DNA from: Balanoglossus misakiensis
Lineage: Eukaryota; Animalia; Hemichordata
Direction of reading: 5' to 3'
Length of the DNA: 64,000 nucleotides
Assembly: GCA_040954595.2 (NCBI GenBank)
Contig: CM082597.2
Coordinates: 496,001 to 560,000 of the forward strand
Part shown: positions 39,701 to 53,198 of the stretch, one piece after another
Layout of the letters: every line of letters starts with the position of its first letter
Numbering within the stretch: the stretch's first letter is position 1
Position numbers and translations under genes: made by a program
The notes under the pieces: model-generated
What the model saw: only the letters and a program-made list of their open reading frames with translations
Databases searched by the model: none
What the model was told of the DNA's origin: nothing

Positions 39701-42700
39701 CTCACTGGGCTATAGAGTTACTTTATCTATCAGTGGTATCATTGCTGGGCAGTGTTCCTGCATCCTGTCCAGAAGGTCCTAGTTTCATACTTTGCTTTTA
39801 TACCTAGCTGACACAAGAAAGGATCCTATGTTCCTGCAACTGCCGTCAAATGCAGGTTAAAAAGAGATACTGTTTGCTCTATTTAGGCTCAGTCTATGTT
39901 TGTAAAAAGAGTTGAGGCCTCAAAATTTCACAGAAAACACTGTAAAGGCAAACACACCACCCATGCATCAGACTTCATTAACAGCATCACTGCACACATA
40001 CTGCCCAGCAGGCTTTACTTGTTTACTTGGCATATACATTTCTGAAACATAGAAACCTTTGCAAAAGTGGACCTTGTGCACTAATCCACACAAACAAAAA
40101 ATTAATCCATTAAAATCCAATCAGTAGAAGCAATCTATGGTTTTGTTGTAATATGAAACATCTCTTTCAATTGTCTGAAATACTATATCACACAGACTGA
40201 AGTGAATTCCAAACCTGCACACAAATTGATGTGATAATCTACTTGCGGCAAATAATTTGGATGAAGTATTCTAGACATAAATTTAACATGAAAAATAGAC
40301 ATATCATAAAGATAATCAGATGAATTATTATATATCAGTAAAACCAGTTTGTTCTCATGGACATTAAGTTATAGTATGGTAAAGAAAGTAAAGTTGAAAA
40401 AACAGTAAACAGACATTGCTGGAGAATTCCCGTCAACAAATAATGCATGCATCATGCCCAGAAGGGTAACACCAATCTGTCTCTGTTCCATTACTTCAAA
40501 TCAGCCATCATTAGCTGTGCCCTTTACTACAAAAGGCCTTTCCACGAAGAAACAAACTAAATCACATATTGCAATAATTCTTGTCAGCCATATACTTTTC
40601 ACCTTTAGGCAATTTAATTGTCTCAGTATTCCCTTGTCGTTACATCAGTTCAATCTAATCACGAACGATATTTTTACAAATAAAAGAAAAACTGACATCT
40701 TCATTTGCTGCATTTGTGGTAATATCTTTCTGTTGTAATACATATGAATGTTTCTTAGGGGTCTTGTCAAAATCAAACAGGGAGGCTTGCCCCGGCGCTC
40801 CCCGGCGCGCCCTTTCACGCCGATGAATATTCATATATTATGCACGCATATTCATGAGCTTTGCATATCATTAGTTCCCTACGTTGTCAACAACGCGTTG
40901 GGGCCAGAAATGCCGGTAAAGTCGACACACGCCTAAGAGTAGCTATTGTTTTGCAACAAGTTTTCAAAAGTACCACTACAGCAACATGATTCTTTTGGGA
41001 TTAGTATTATTGTGGCATTTTGGAACAAAATAGAGAATAGGCAGGGAAACGCAACAGTAGTGCCCCCCCCCCCCTTTCAGCTCTGCTGAAAAAAACCAAA
41101 ACGTTATGAAATGTTGAGAAAAGTAAGTAAAGTATCTTTTGTAACTTTATTATAAAAACACATGAAATATTGGAATTTTTTCTCTTTTCATCCTAGTTTT
41201 ACAAGCAAATTTTTCGATAAGCGAAACAGGCTACAGCTAGTCAATGCTGCCTCGAATGGGGTACGTTCCGGTCAGTCACGCACTGAGTTTTCATGATGAT
41301 CGTAACAGTGGCACAGTGGCATTTTTCGGGGGGGTGGCCGCAGTGAATGAATTGATGGTCAGTTTCAAATTCACGTGTAAAATTTTAACATTTTTATGTT
41401 CAAATCCAGTCAGTTCAATGTATTGTCTAAACAATATTCCTGAAATAAAAGTTGACAGCAAAGTGAATACTACGAGCGTGCATGCATGATAGCATTGCTC
41501 GCTGAACTTTCAACAAAATCTATTGACGTATAGTGGTTTAGTCCAAATGCGTCTTTGCCACGCTCTCGGGTTGCGTGAATATTGATGAGAAACTTATTAC
41601 TGCGAACGTACATTCACAACGTGAAACTAGTCCTATTATTCCAAAGCCCTTGCCAAATGGTCAAATCAGGGTAGTAAAAGATGAGTGGCCGGCCAGACCG
41701 GGGCCAGACGTCCTGCACCTGTGTCTACCGGCTTTTGACGTGAATAATACTTATATATAATTCCCCCGTATTTCGAACGAGTGTGCCTGCGTCGCGGACG
41801 AGTGATTCCCCGTATAGCGGCCGTATCCCTCCGAGCCGCAGGCGAGGAGGGATACAGCTATACGGGGAATCACGAGTTCGCGACGCAGGTACACGAGTGA
41901 GGAATACGGGGGAATTATATGTTTATCACATACATAGATCCGCTAATTTTGATTTTCAAATAAATCTCTTTGTGGTTGCGATAAAATTTGGAACTATTTT
42001 GTGCAAAATTGAAGATCGATGTTATGCGGTCTATCTATCAGGTGACTCAGGTCACGACCTGGACGATTCTGGTTTTGGCGATGACCCGTCTGTCGTGCGT
42101 CAGCTGGATTTCATCGTCCGTTAAGTTTCACTGGAGCAGGAAACCTTTCTTATGCCTTTTGCTTTATGACTAGACCGTTTTGCTCTAATCGTCGCATCAA
42201 AATTTTTGCGAATACTCAGTTTTGTACCTGTCGCTCGTTCGACAACGCGACGACATTGGCTCAGCACTGACGACCTCGCGACAGTTTTGGTGCCGGTTGG
42301 TGCGATAAAAATGTACACAGGTAAAACTAATCGTCGATCGTCCATATTTACACATACGAAACATTTTATTTATCTTTGCTTATTTTTTAATATTGAAATA
42401 AAACCAACAATTGCACTGAATTTTGTCGCCCTAAGAGGACTTTGTTTACAAGTTTAAAATAGTTCCGTTTGGTGACGTCAGAGGGATGGGTATTACAATA
42501 ACGCTTGGTGCAAATTTACCTACGTCTGACGTCATACTATGGTATATGCGGAGCTATGTATGTGATAATTCGCATAAATTACGAGGTCAACATGTGTGGT
42601 ATTGCCGGTAACGTAGCGATCGATCGACCCGGTAAAAAGATGAGTGGCTAGACGGAGCCCTGACGTCCTGCACCCGTGTCTAAACGGCTTTTGACGTGAA

Positions 42701-44238
42701 TAATAATTTAAATAAATTACAAGGTCAACATGTGGCCGATTTCATCATGTATAAAAAAGCACATGGGTTCAAACCATGCATTGTCTGCTCAGGTCAAGTT
42801 TCAGGCATTCTGCATCGCATCTAGCTCGGTGTCAGAGTTGTTTCCCACACCAAAAACTTAGAAGACAGTCATTTCAATTACGGCCTCCGGCCAAACTCAA
42901 CACACACACGCAGACACACAAAACCGGAACTGCAACTTTATTCACAAATCTGCAGAATTCCCGTGCAAAAAACTCAACATACACATCCATTTGTCGCACC
43001 ATGAATCTTTTTAGACTTTCCCCCGGCCATGTCGTCGCTTGATAGTGTCAGGTTTGCAACACATTGTTGCCAAATCGCATTGTTTTCTCGGCATATCACT
43101 AACGCCGGGGAGGTCCGCCTGCGCCGATTGCGTCACCTGGCACGCTTCCTGTAACTAATTACTATTCATGAGGTTAATTAGCTCATTAGAGGGTCGTCTG
43201 CAGGCGTGAAAGGGCGCGCCAGGGCACGCCAAGGCGCGCCGGGGAGCGCCTGGGCAAGCCCCCCTGTTTGATTTTGACAAGACCCCTTAATGATTTTTGC
43301 GACATGCAACAATAATAAGTTATACTTTTCAAAAAATGTAACATCTAGAGACATAATGTAGTATCATGTTTGAAACTGTATTGCCTATTTAACTATAGAT
43401 AATTCACCATCTCACAATAGGGTACCTATAAGGTTTACTTATGATAAAAATGTTATTACAGAGTGACTTATTTCAGTAGGTAGGTCCAAATTTGAAAAGA
43501 CGAAAGATATATATAGAATTGCCAGATAATGTTTTCAAATTCTATAAAGCTGAGATATGTTCTACTCTTTGTGGAAATTCTTAACATTTGAAGCTGTTCA
43601 AATGTTACATGGGCTGTAAAGTAAATACACGTACATGTCGACAATAGAAAATGTCTCTTCAAAAACTTCTACAAGCCTGTTCTCTTTTGCTATAAATGCC
43701 TACAGTGTTGAAATAAAAGATTTGATTACCAGGTAAATGTCATGCACTCACTACTTCAGGGTTCTTAGAATTAAAAAATGGTTTATGCTCCAAGCAATAT
43801 ATAACATCAGCGAAAGGCAGCCCATCACATTTACATTTAGATGCATGCAACATACTTTCTGTGCATTTTAGAAGCACTACATTAAAAAGGCCATTTCAGC
43901 TGAAATGGTATTTTCATTCATGCAAGGGGCCAATTCGATCTCGTAATTCCGTTTAGGGTAAAAGTCAAAAACTGTATAAAGTTGCAGGAGTTTGAAGAGG
44001 TGAAATACCACATACCAGAGCTGTATTAAAGTACTCTGAGTATTACAGGGATTAAACACCTACCTTTACCTAATTTTGAAACTTTTTCTAAATGTCTGAA
44101 TAAATCTTTCTGTTCCTTGATTCTGTCTTTTTCATCTGCAGGGATGGAATCGGCACATGCAGCAATCAGAGCCTTTAGTTCCATCTCAGATATATTGTCA
44201 CTTAATTTCTGCAGCAGTTGACTGTAGTCGTCAGCCAT
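36781..44238 (-). CDS. PEA15: Astrocytic phosphoprotein PEA-15-like death-effector-domain protein, 136 aa
   Basis: Exons 44064-44238, 37656-37799, 36781-36872 (411 nt, phases consistent): MADDYSQLLQKLSDNISEMELKAL...DNFNYLEHALEKICRPDLVTQMLEYR...PARKYK...KITLAPPPSKLDVHKKS*. DED with RxDL plus PEA15-type tail. Acceptor just upstream of the ATG implies a non-coding first exon (candidate donor ~52397). Confidence 0.9.
40758..43286. mobile_element. Non-autonomous PIF/Harbinger-type DNA transposon in a PEA15 intron
   Basis: Long terminal inverted repeats GGGGTCTTGTCAAAATCAAACAGGGRGGCTTGCCC... at both ends; 3-bp TTA duplication at 40755-40757 and 43287-43289; no transposase ORF recognised. Confidence 0.88.
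41751..42568. mobile_element. Nested hairpin-terminated non-autonomous element (Crypton-like architecture; class uncertain)
   Basis: ~165-bp imperfect palindrome (41755-41920), then 21-bp inverted repeats TTATCACATACATAG(A/C)TCCGC at 41923-41943 and 42548-42568; interrupts one copy of a tandem duplication in the host element. Confidence 0.7.
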
Positions 44239-47200
44239 GGTGTGAGTGAAGTGTCAATTCCACAAACTATGGAGAGAAAATTTAAACCAGATTATGAACT
44301 GAATGTGCTCCTGTGTTTTGAAAACCAAATAGATTTATACTGAAAAACATAGCACATTTTCACTGCTACGTCATTTCTGTAACTGTAGAAATTGAGATAC
44401 GTTATTTTGTGACAGTATTTCAGATAGATTTTTTATGTTTGATACACAGCATGTTTTGATCACCCAGAGTAAGATATTCTAAACATTATGGTTGTATGTG
44501 CATTGCAACTGGAAATAAACATTTCTGATCAATAATTTCAAGTCTACCATATTTATAACTGTCAGAAATTACCAACATGGAAAATACGGCAACCTAGTAT
44601 GATCTTGTAGTGACTTGATTCTTAATAACTTTACCAGACAAACTATTTTATTTGCTTTGTACCCGGTATAGGCCACTGAACTATATCAAATATTTGCTGA
44701 ATAAGTGTACATTGTTAATTAATAGATGACTGATTTCAATATGCTTCAAAATATTTCCCCTTATTACACCGAGTTCATCAAACTCTGAGTAACTGAAATT
44801 GACAGATTAATTTAACATTAGTGCAATGACCTGATGGTAATTTTGTGTGGTCTGAGCTCTACATGTATTATTGCTCTAGTTAAATTATAAGTTAAACTGC
44901 ATTCACATAACGTTATGTTGACATTTCTAGATATACTGAATATTAATGAAATGGAGTTTGTAATTAAAATGTATTGAATAATAGGAACTGGATTTGGCTC
45001 TTTTAAAGAAAAACATTTATGTTTTGTCTGTTATACACAGACAACATAAACTTCGGAATGCAATGTAAGAGGGTGGATATTTCATTTCTTTCAGTTATTT
45101 TTACGCCTGATCTGAAACACAAACCTCTAATGGTATGCGTTTCATCTAAAGAATTAATGACTTATCATTATTACCACCAGTCTAACACACACTACATCTC
45201 AGATTTATAGATTCATTTCAATAAAATGCGTTGGAAATGGCACAGTCTGCCTGATGATAAGATTCTTTCACAGGATCAGTTTCTGTTTTAATTTGAAATA
45301 ATTACGTGAGTCATGTCTGGCAGCAAACTTGAAATTCCACAACTAAATATACATGCACACTTACTGTTTTCATACAAAAATACAACCAAATCATTATCAA
45401 TTAAAATTTTATCTTTTCATACTAAACAATAATCATTTTCTGTTTTCCTTTGCTATTTTTCTTGCCCAATTTATGCACATTATGTAAATTGAAGAGAAAC
45501 ATTTCACTGTATTGCAACTAATTGATATTGTTCTGGAGCTTTGTGAAATCACTCAGTTTTGACATTTTCTTGAAGAAAAACAAAATACCACACCTCTCTC
45601 ATAAAGTCCTCCATCTGCACCTAATGTAAGAGTGAATGTTTATAATTCATCAATACTCAATAAAAATCAGTAGAAATATTATTATCACTACCTTGGAATA
45701 AAAATCACACATGAAAACTCAATAGTCAAGAATCGACGAAGGTGCTGACCCAAACATAAACAACACAGTGCTTTCATTAAAATCACCAGATGATTTGTTG
45801 GATAAAATTGCGAAATGCAAAATTGATCAATTACCCTGACTTCAAATTCAGCATGGAAAGAGAATCTAGGGGTGAATATATTGAACTGTTGTTACCAGCA
45901 TGTGTTTGTTACCATGAGAACAATGAGATGTTTCTATGACAACCATCCCAGATTAATTTGTTTGATAGACGCAATTTTCAAGAAGTTGCATTTTAAGCTT
46001 AAGGATTACACAGTAGACTTTATCGATTTTCACTCAGCAATACCTTTCAAATTTTACTGCTACTTTTTCCATCATGATTTTCTTTCCCGTTTCCATTATC
46101 AAGCCATCTCTCTCATCGAACACTTTATTGTACATTAATGAGCAATTAATCAACTTGCAACTTTATTAAGCAATCAATCTTATTAGTTATATCTTACCCA
46201 CAAATATCTAAATGTACATATAGTCATAATCAGTATGCAAGTAAACAGTTTAATTATGAATGTGATAGTTTGAATATGCTATGAATATTGATTGATGAAT
46301 ATTCATGACAGATAAGAAATGTTCATCTATTCAGAAATGAAAAGAAAAGAAAAGTGAGCTTATATAATGTATAAAAATTATGCTTTGAAATATCCATGTA
46401 ATAACTGTAATTTGGCATGTGTAAATTTGAGTGATAAGAAAGAAATCAACAGCCATCTTGGGATTCTATCAACGGAGATTTCATCACTACCTAAGTAGCA
46501 CTAACTATTTAAGATAACGTATTCACTATGTGCTGGTCACAAAATAGCATGATTTTGGAATGAAAATGTAAATAAGCCATGATATTAATACATGATTGCA
46601 GATACTGTGAAATAACTTGAGTCATTGAAAATTGATAGGGTTTAGATAAAAAGTCCATTTTGCATCTGGTACTATTTTATTTAGAAGGATGATATGTAAG
46701 GTATACCACATAGGTTATAATTATCTGTAAATAAGATGCAGTAATCTGTAAGTACTCAATCCATCTTGAGTCATCTCCAATGCTATAATCGTAAGGGATC
46801 ACCTCAAAAGTTAATTAAAACACCTTGGCCATTTCACCAGCAAGCTTAATTGATAACAGTATATGAAACTGAAATATTTTAGAGCAGGACAAAATCATTA
46901 TCCGCTAACATTACATTTACGATTAATAATATAAATACACTTGCATTGGTGATTATTGTTAGAACATATTGTTTTCTGTCGATGACATTGCTGCTTGATA
47001 CTAGGCCAACGAACTCAAACTAGCTCTTCAGATAAATCTGGTATCTCTTCTTACAAAGCACTTCACAGTCAATCGTCTTAAGATTACATGGTGACATCTT
47101 ATCAGCTGACCTCCGTCTTTAATCTCACTCCAAAGGCAGAGGATTAAGATTACTGATAAAGTATATTAAGGTGGTTCGGTAACATTCGACGAAAGTCTTT

Positions 47201-50200
47201 CATAGCAAGTTTTAGCAGTTTTAATCAAGATATTTGCTTCAAATTTTCAACATCTGTCCCTTGCAAGATGTTTTTATCAAAACAATAGACTGCCATGTTC
47301 ATGAAAAATGGCATCCATGAACAAAGTCATATTTTCACCTTCGTTTAATCTCCAATGCTACTTTTATCATTCCACTTATAGTATTTTTTTCACATGAAAC
47401 ATTTTGATCATTTTATGCAGTATTTTTTTATATAAAATACACTGTTATATATATTATTTTTTTTGGGGGGGGGGCTAAATGTTTGAAAAAAATCATAAAA
47501 CTTGCGTCAAATTACAGAAAAATCTTGCAAACAAATAATGCATCATGTACGTCACATGCACAGCCTAAACTTCAAAACCCATCTGGCCACAGCTGTCTTC
47601 TGAAAAATTTAACCAATTGACCCCTTAGGGCACAAACCAGATATCCTTGTATTGTCGCCATGACAATTAACTACTACTCAATGAGTTCAGGAAAACCTTA
47701 ATGTCTGAAGTCTTAATTCATCTTGTGGTCTTCCTATCCACTTTCTCATAGAATGTGACATTTCAAAATCTCTCTAGAATGCAATGTTTTAAAACTATCT
47801 GAAATATTTTGTAAAGTTTACAGACTCATGACACTGGGTCAAAGGACTGACTGCAATAAAACTCAATGATTGTAGCACATGTTTGGTTAAGTTTACCAGT
47901 ATGTGTGTTGGTGCTACACACACATTTTATAGTTGAGTGGAAAGGGGTTAAGTTTTAGTTTCTTTTGATTAGTTTATTGAAGTACTAGTAGACCAATTCA
48001 TCTATTATCTGCAGCTTGACCTGTAATAACCTGTATGAAAGTATACAGTGTACACTTTTGTGATAAAATATTTCGTACTGACCAAATTCAATATTTTCCG
48101 AAACATAATTGCGAATTAGCTTGAAAATTTGAAGGCAATTCTTGTTGATTTTGTACTTCACAGAAATTTAGTAACACAGGAAAGAACATTGACCAAAGCA
48201 CATAATTGTAATCTCTGACCTGACCTGACCTCGACGTTAAAGGAAATAGGAATAATTCATATCCTGGCTGTATTATTTTCAGCCTATAAATTATTTTCAG
48301 CCTATATACATGTATGTACCGGTATATGAATATGGGATTGCTCGTCGACAACTGAAAGACTGTATTCTCTTTTCATTTTATATTAGTTTCTATCTTCCTT
48401 TATATCAAAATGATACGTAAATGTAGCTTTCAAATTACATTTATGACATTTCCCTGACCACATTGAAGGGAAATGGCATTAGAAAAACCTGATCTTTAAA
48501 AATTCATGATAAAAACAATAATTTATTAATGCAAAATTAACAGATGTATCACACACTGTGGACGGTACTTTACTTCATAATGAATTTTGCATTTAAGCTG
48601 GTTTAATATTACATAACTGTACAGATATTGCACGATGGACAAATACGAGTGAAAAAGTCGTTCTGTATGTGGCTTTACTGAAATATAGTCGTCTGGACCA
48701 ATATACTGTATAATGTTGTCTTTGAATATAAGTTGAAAACTATCACCTGCTTATTTTGTCCGACTTGTTTATCATCAATAACTGTGTGTATACCTGCAGG
48801 CTATTCTGTTCAATGAAAAGGGAACTACTTTGTGTTGGGGATGCCAAACGATAATGGCAGGCGTGACTTGTATGTAAAGTATGTCTGGTTATTACGTGTG
48901 AGCGTATTACTACACACAAAGCAGACTTAACCAACAAAGACACTATTGTGACGTCACGACTGATTCCATACAAATTGTATTTATACAGGTGCAATGACTG
49001 CTCGCATATCCGTTAAAATTATTATGAATAGACATAATTTTTTATTTCAAAAGGAAAAGACATGAACATAATTGTAAAACCACACACACTCGTTATAACT
49101 ATAAGAACATTTTGCTTTTAGTTTTACCAATTTTTGCAGAAATATTTTGGAAATATACAACAGATATAAATATGAATGTTAATCTCATATAATCATTGAA
49201 ATATTATATCCCTAAGGGCCTTCATCACTTCTTCATATTAATGTGGAAATATGTATACCAAATGACCACACTATCCAGGCAACAATATCATAGATTAAAA
49301 ACATAAATTCCCTCAGTACAAAAACTAACTAAAATTCCTCTTTGGCAATCTGGTTTTCTTTCATTTACACAGCATGTACTTTTTGAAACAGCTGTCAAAG
49401 CCCACCCTGGAATAACCAGACAAGGTCTATACCCTGGAGTACAACAATTTCATTAGCACACTAACCTAGATCAGCCATTGAACAGCCATCATCCCATTTC
49501 ATACCCCACATATCACAAATATCTCTGTGAAATAGTTCTAATATTATGTGTTAAGTAAAAATTAAACCTACCTGGAGCAGAAAATATCTACATAAAACAG
49601 ACAATGACTTAGTTGTATGGACTTGTAAGTTTATTACATGTAATGAAACAAACAACGGATGCATTTACCATACATTACAAATATTCTAAGTGATGTAGTA
49701 ACAAACATCATGAGAAATTTCTTTTTGCAAACACTATTGCCAGTGGGTAAATAACTTCATATGTGTGATTACTCTGACAACCAGTTCTTAATTAAGTTTG
49801 TTCCACATTTTTTTAATTCATGAATGAGAAGTTCCTATCTTTAACTATATACTGAAGCATTGATACAATTTTTTTCCAACTCTTTCCAGATGAATCTAAT
49901 TCCCTGGACCCACCAAAACTATTTGATTCTCTTCTCCTTTCTTACTACACTGTAGACAGACAATCTATGAAGAGGTACTCTCTTAGTCTGCATATTACAT
50001 GTAGTACACAGTCGCCCTATTGTATACACTGTCTCGACTACCTAGGGACCATTTGAATTGGTCTAGGCTGAAGTGTATTTACCCAAAAACCAAAAGCAAC
50101 ACATCAGCAGACTGATTATCTTGCTGTTCTCAATACTGAATTCTCTGATGAGGGACTTCAAAGCATGAATGGATGATAATGGAAAACTAGTCTCTGATTT

Positions 50201-50889
50201 TGTTTTGACAGTCTTGGCCTATTAGGTAGCAGCTTGAAAGAACCGGGGAAAATTCATCTCAGAATTACCAAGTGTCTGGTTTCAAGGCAGACACATTCAA
50301 CTGCTCTTTAGGGGCGGTCTCCAAATCTATTTGTCTGAAAATCACTGAATAATATCTTAATTTTTGAAAAAAAAAATAGTTTCACCAACACTATCACACT
50401 AGCCTTTTTTGTATATGTAATTCTGACATGGTAATCTGAGAGCAATGAATACAAGTTTAGCAAAACCATTCAGTCATCAATGACTTTGGTTGAAATTATG
50501 TGTTGTACCACAGAAAATGATCCCTTTGCCTCTAACACTATGGACAGTCATAGCAAGATCAGACTTCTTAATGGAGACAAACATCTCGTGTCTGAATGAA
50601 TTGGCTATCAACTGTAGGTCTAGCAATATCACAAGGCTTATTGCTAAATTAATTCTCCCTTCTCTAGCCATGCCCACAGTTAATTTCCGAGACCATGGTT
50701 CAGTTGTCAATCTCACCAACATTCATTCAAAGCAATTTCTAATCAAACTAAAATAACATATTTGAAGCAAATATTTCATTTAAAAAAATTTTTGCTTTGT
50801 GTTTTATTGCCATTCTTTCAATTCACAACAAAAAACTTGGATCAAGGGAAAAATTACATTATGTACAACCAAGTTTCACTTAATAATTA

Positions 50890-51909
50890 AAAAATCGCAT
50901 CAAGGACACGGTGGTCTGTATAGCTGTATAGCTCTCAAATCACAGCAAAAGAAGGCGATACAAAAGCTTGGGGTGTGTTGCGCTGACCTGCGTTAACAGA
51001 TCCCGTGAGGAGTACGGTGCCCAGAGCGCTAACACATCCCCAAACTCCCATGACCTCTTTTGCACACAACAATACAATGGCGGACTCGTGCGAGCCTCTC
51101 ACAAACATAATCATCCCTATGTCTACAAAATGAACACTGTATAGCTCTCAAATCACATCAAAAGAAGGCGACACAAAAGCTTGGGGTGTGTTGCACTGAC
51201 CTGCGTTAACAGATCCCGTGAGGAGTACGGTGCCCAGAGTGCTAACACATCCCCAATACGATCTCATGGACACAAACTATTTACATTTCTAGGTCCAAAA
51301 CTTTAACTACAGTGAGACAAAACTGTTAGGCTTTTCTCATATTTAAATCAAGTATTGAAATGCAAAATAAAGTGTTAAAATGCAAATTAAGACCTGACGG
51401 GAGTGGTTCTTCTTTTCTCCAATGAAGTTCAACTTTGCTCAACGGGCAAACACTGACTGACCCATAAGCTGCCAATGGCATATGTACTGTACATATACTA
51501 AATAGAACAGCTGGCCTCTTTAAAACTTAGCCAGTTATGTAATCATTCAGGAATTTGCTGTGGTTATATGAATCACAGCTCTAGGGGAGTTCCTGCCTAA
51601 TTAAAACAACTCAATAAAGTAAATACACACCACTTTGCAAAGCAATCTGACCAGTAGTTCTTGAGTTTTGACCAAATTCACATTTTTCCAGCTAATTTGC
51701 ATATTTTTGGCAATGACAACTTCATTTGAACAAACTCCCATCTACAGCCCAGCCTGCATCAGCACACCAAATATCAAGGTGATACATGCAGCGGTTTTCA
51801 AGTTTTTGATGTGGACGGACATACAGACATACATCCATCCATACATACATACATACAGACGCAACCAATCCAATAAGGTCCCATGGTACATACCAATGGG
51901 ACCCAAAAA
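50890..51909 (+). mobile_element. Helentron-associated (HINE/DINE-like) non-autonomous element
   Basis: Two 120-bp direct repeats (50924-51043, 51137-51256; 4 mismatches), (CATA/CAGA)n microsatellite ~51818-51859, terminal hairpin GGTCCCATGGTA-CA-TACCAATGGGACC (51877-51903) followed by an A-run. Left boundary approximate. Confidence 0.6.
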
Positions 51910-53198
51910 TCTACATTTTATTGTAGAAAAGTTTGTTTTTAACTACAAAAAGTATGGCTCTGTGCAGGTTGGTTAATATACAATTTTTATTATATTAAAT
52001 TTTAAAAACAGCTTTGTTTAAATAAAGTTGAATACATCCATAAATGAAATATGCAGGTGGTTGAAATGGACAAAGAATGCGCCCACTGGTTACATTTCGC
52101 ATTAAAAAAAAATAAAACAATAACAAATACACATGTAACTACATGAGGCCTGTTTTGAAAATACTGTCTGAAGTCAGTGTCAGGACCACTTAATTATTCA
52201 ACAACCGATCAGACCGAACAGCTGTTTGCTGAGAGACAATAACCAAATGAAAATCCGCCAACCAATCCGCTGAACACAATTCTTTTCAATTGACAATACG
52301 TGGTGTTTTCATTCAGTTCCCGGGCTTCCTTCATCACTCACTCACACTTTCATTTGCTAAACTATAAATTTTCAAGAAATATATCGCTGCATACTTACCA
52401 ACGATGAAGTTATCAGTTAGTAAACGAGCTAGAAGTACAAAGTTACGTTCCGATACCGCCTACACGACAGGATTTGTACGAGAGAATTTATCGTACGTGA
52501 TATTGTCACTGCCGCTTAACACACCTATGAAAGAAACGGCTGGTGATCGGATAGTATTGTACACATCATATACATGATTAAGGATGATATCATCTATGAC
52601 TCCCCAGCTATATGAAAAAAGAATATCTTAACAGAGAATGAACCGGGGATATCCACATCAAAATCTCTTTATTTTCCCAGATGAAGCAAATATCAAATTC
52701 ATAAGAAATCGTTCTGTCTCCAAAATGTGTTATGATCAAGTTTCTTGTATGCTGTACATTGCAAACATACTTTATTCACGAAGCTAAGGGTTCACAGACG
52801 CACTTAACAGCAAACATGGCGGCGTTGTAAACATGATTTGAATCTACAATTTTAAGTGTTTAGGATTTCAATCAAGTTCCCACTACTGGCTGAAGGTAGC
52901 GTGTCCTCACACTATTCTATCTGTACCAGAGGTCCGAATAGACAACACAGAGGGTCTAGTAACTTCACAAAATCTCTAGTTGGTCCAGAAAGGTGAGAAA
53001 TTTGTCCGCAGTCACTGAGCAGAAACAGACAGATGACCGGACATGACATATGAACCAGGTCCGTGGTTCATCTGAGGACACTCCGGCCCGACGAAATTGC
53101 AAAATAAACTTGAAGTTGTTGCCGCTGCTTCTGCAATCCTTTCTCGACTTCAGTCTGAGTTCCAGCTTGTTTTTTCGCCTTATTTTCAGCTAGAGAAG

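Noticed and set aside
41783-43042. ORFs inside the Harbinger and nested elements as transposase or Myb genes
   Set aside because: Short, no DDE, Myb/SANT or tyrosine-recombinase motifs; by-products of GC-rich palindromic sequence.
50140-50190. CTGATGAG as a hammerhead ribozyme core
   Set aside because: No stem II followed by GAAA and no stems I/III could be formed.
50924-51256. Repeat-spacer-repeat pattern as CRISPR-like or LTR pair
   Set aside because: Only two 120-bp units, eukaryotic context, no TG..CA ends, PBS or TSD; fits an internal transposon duplication.
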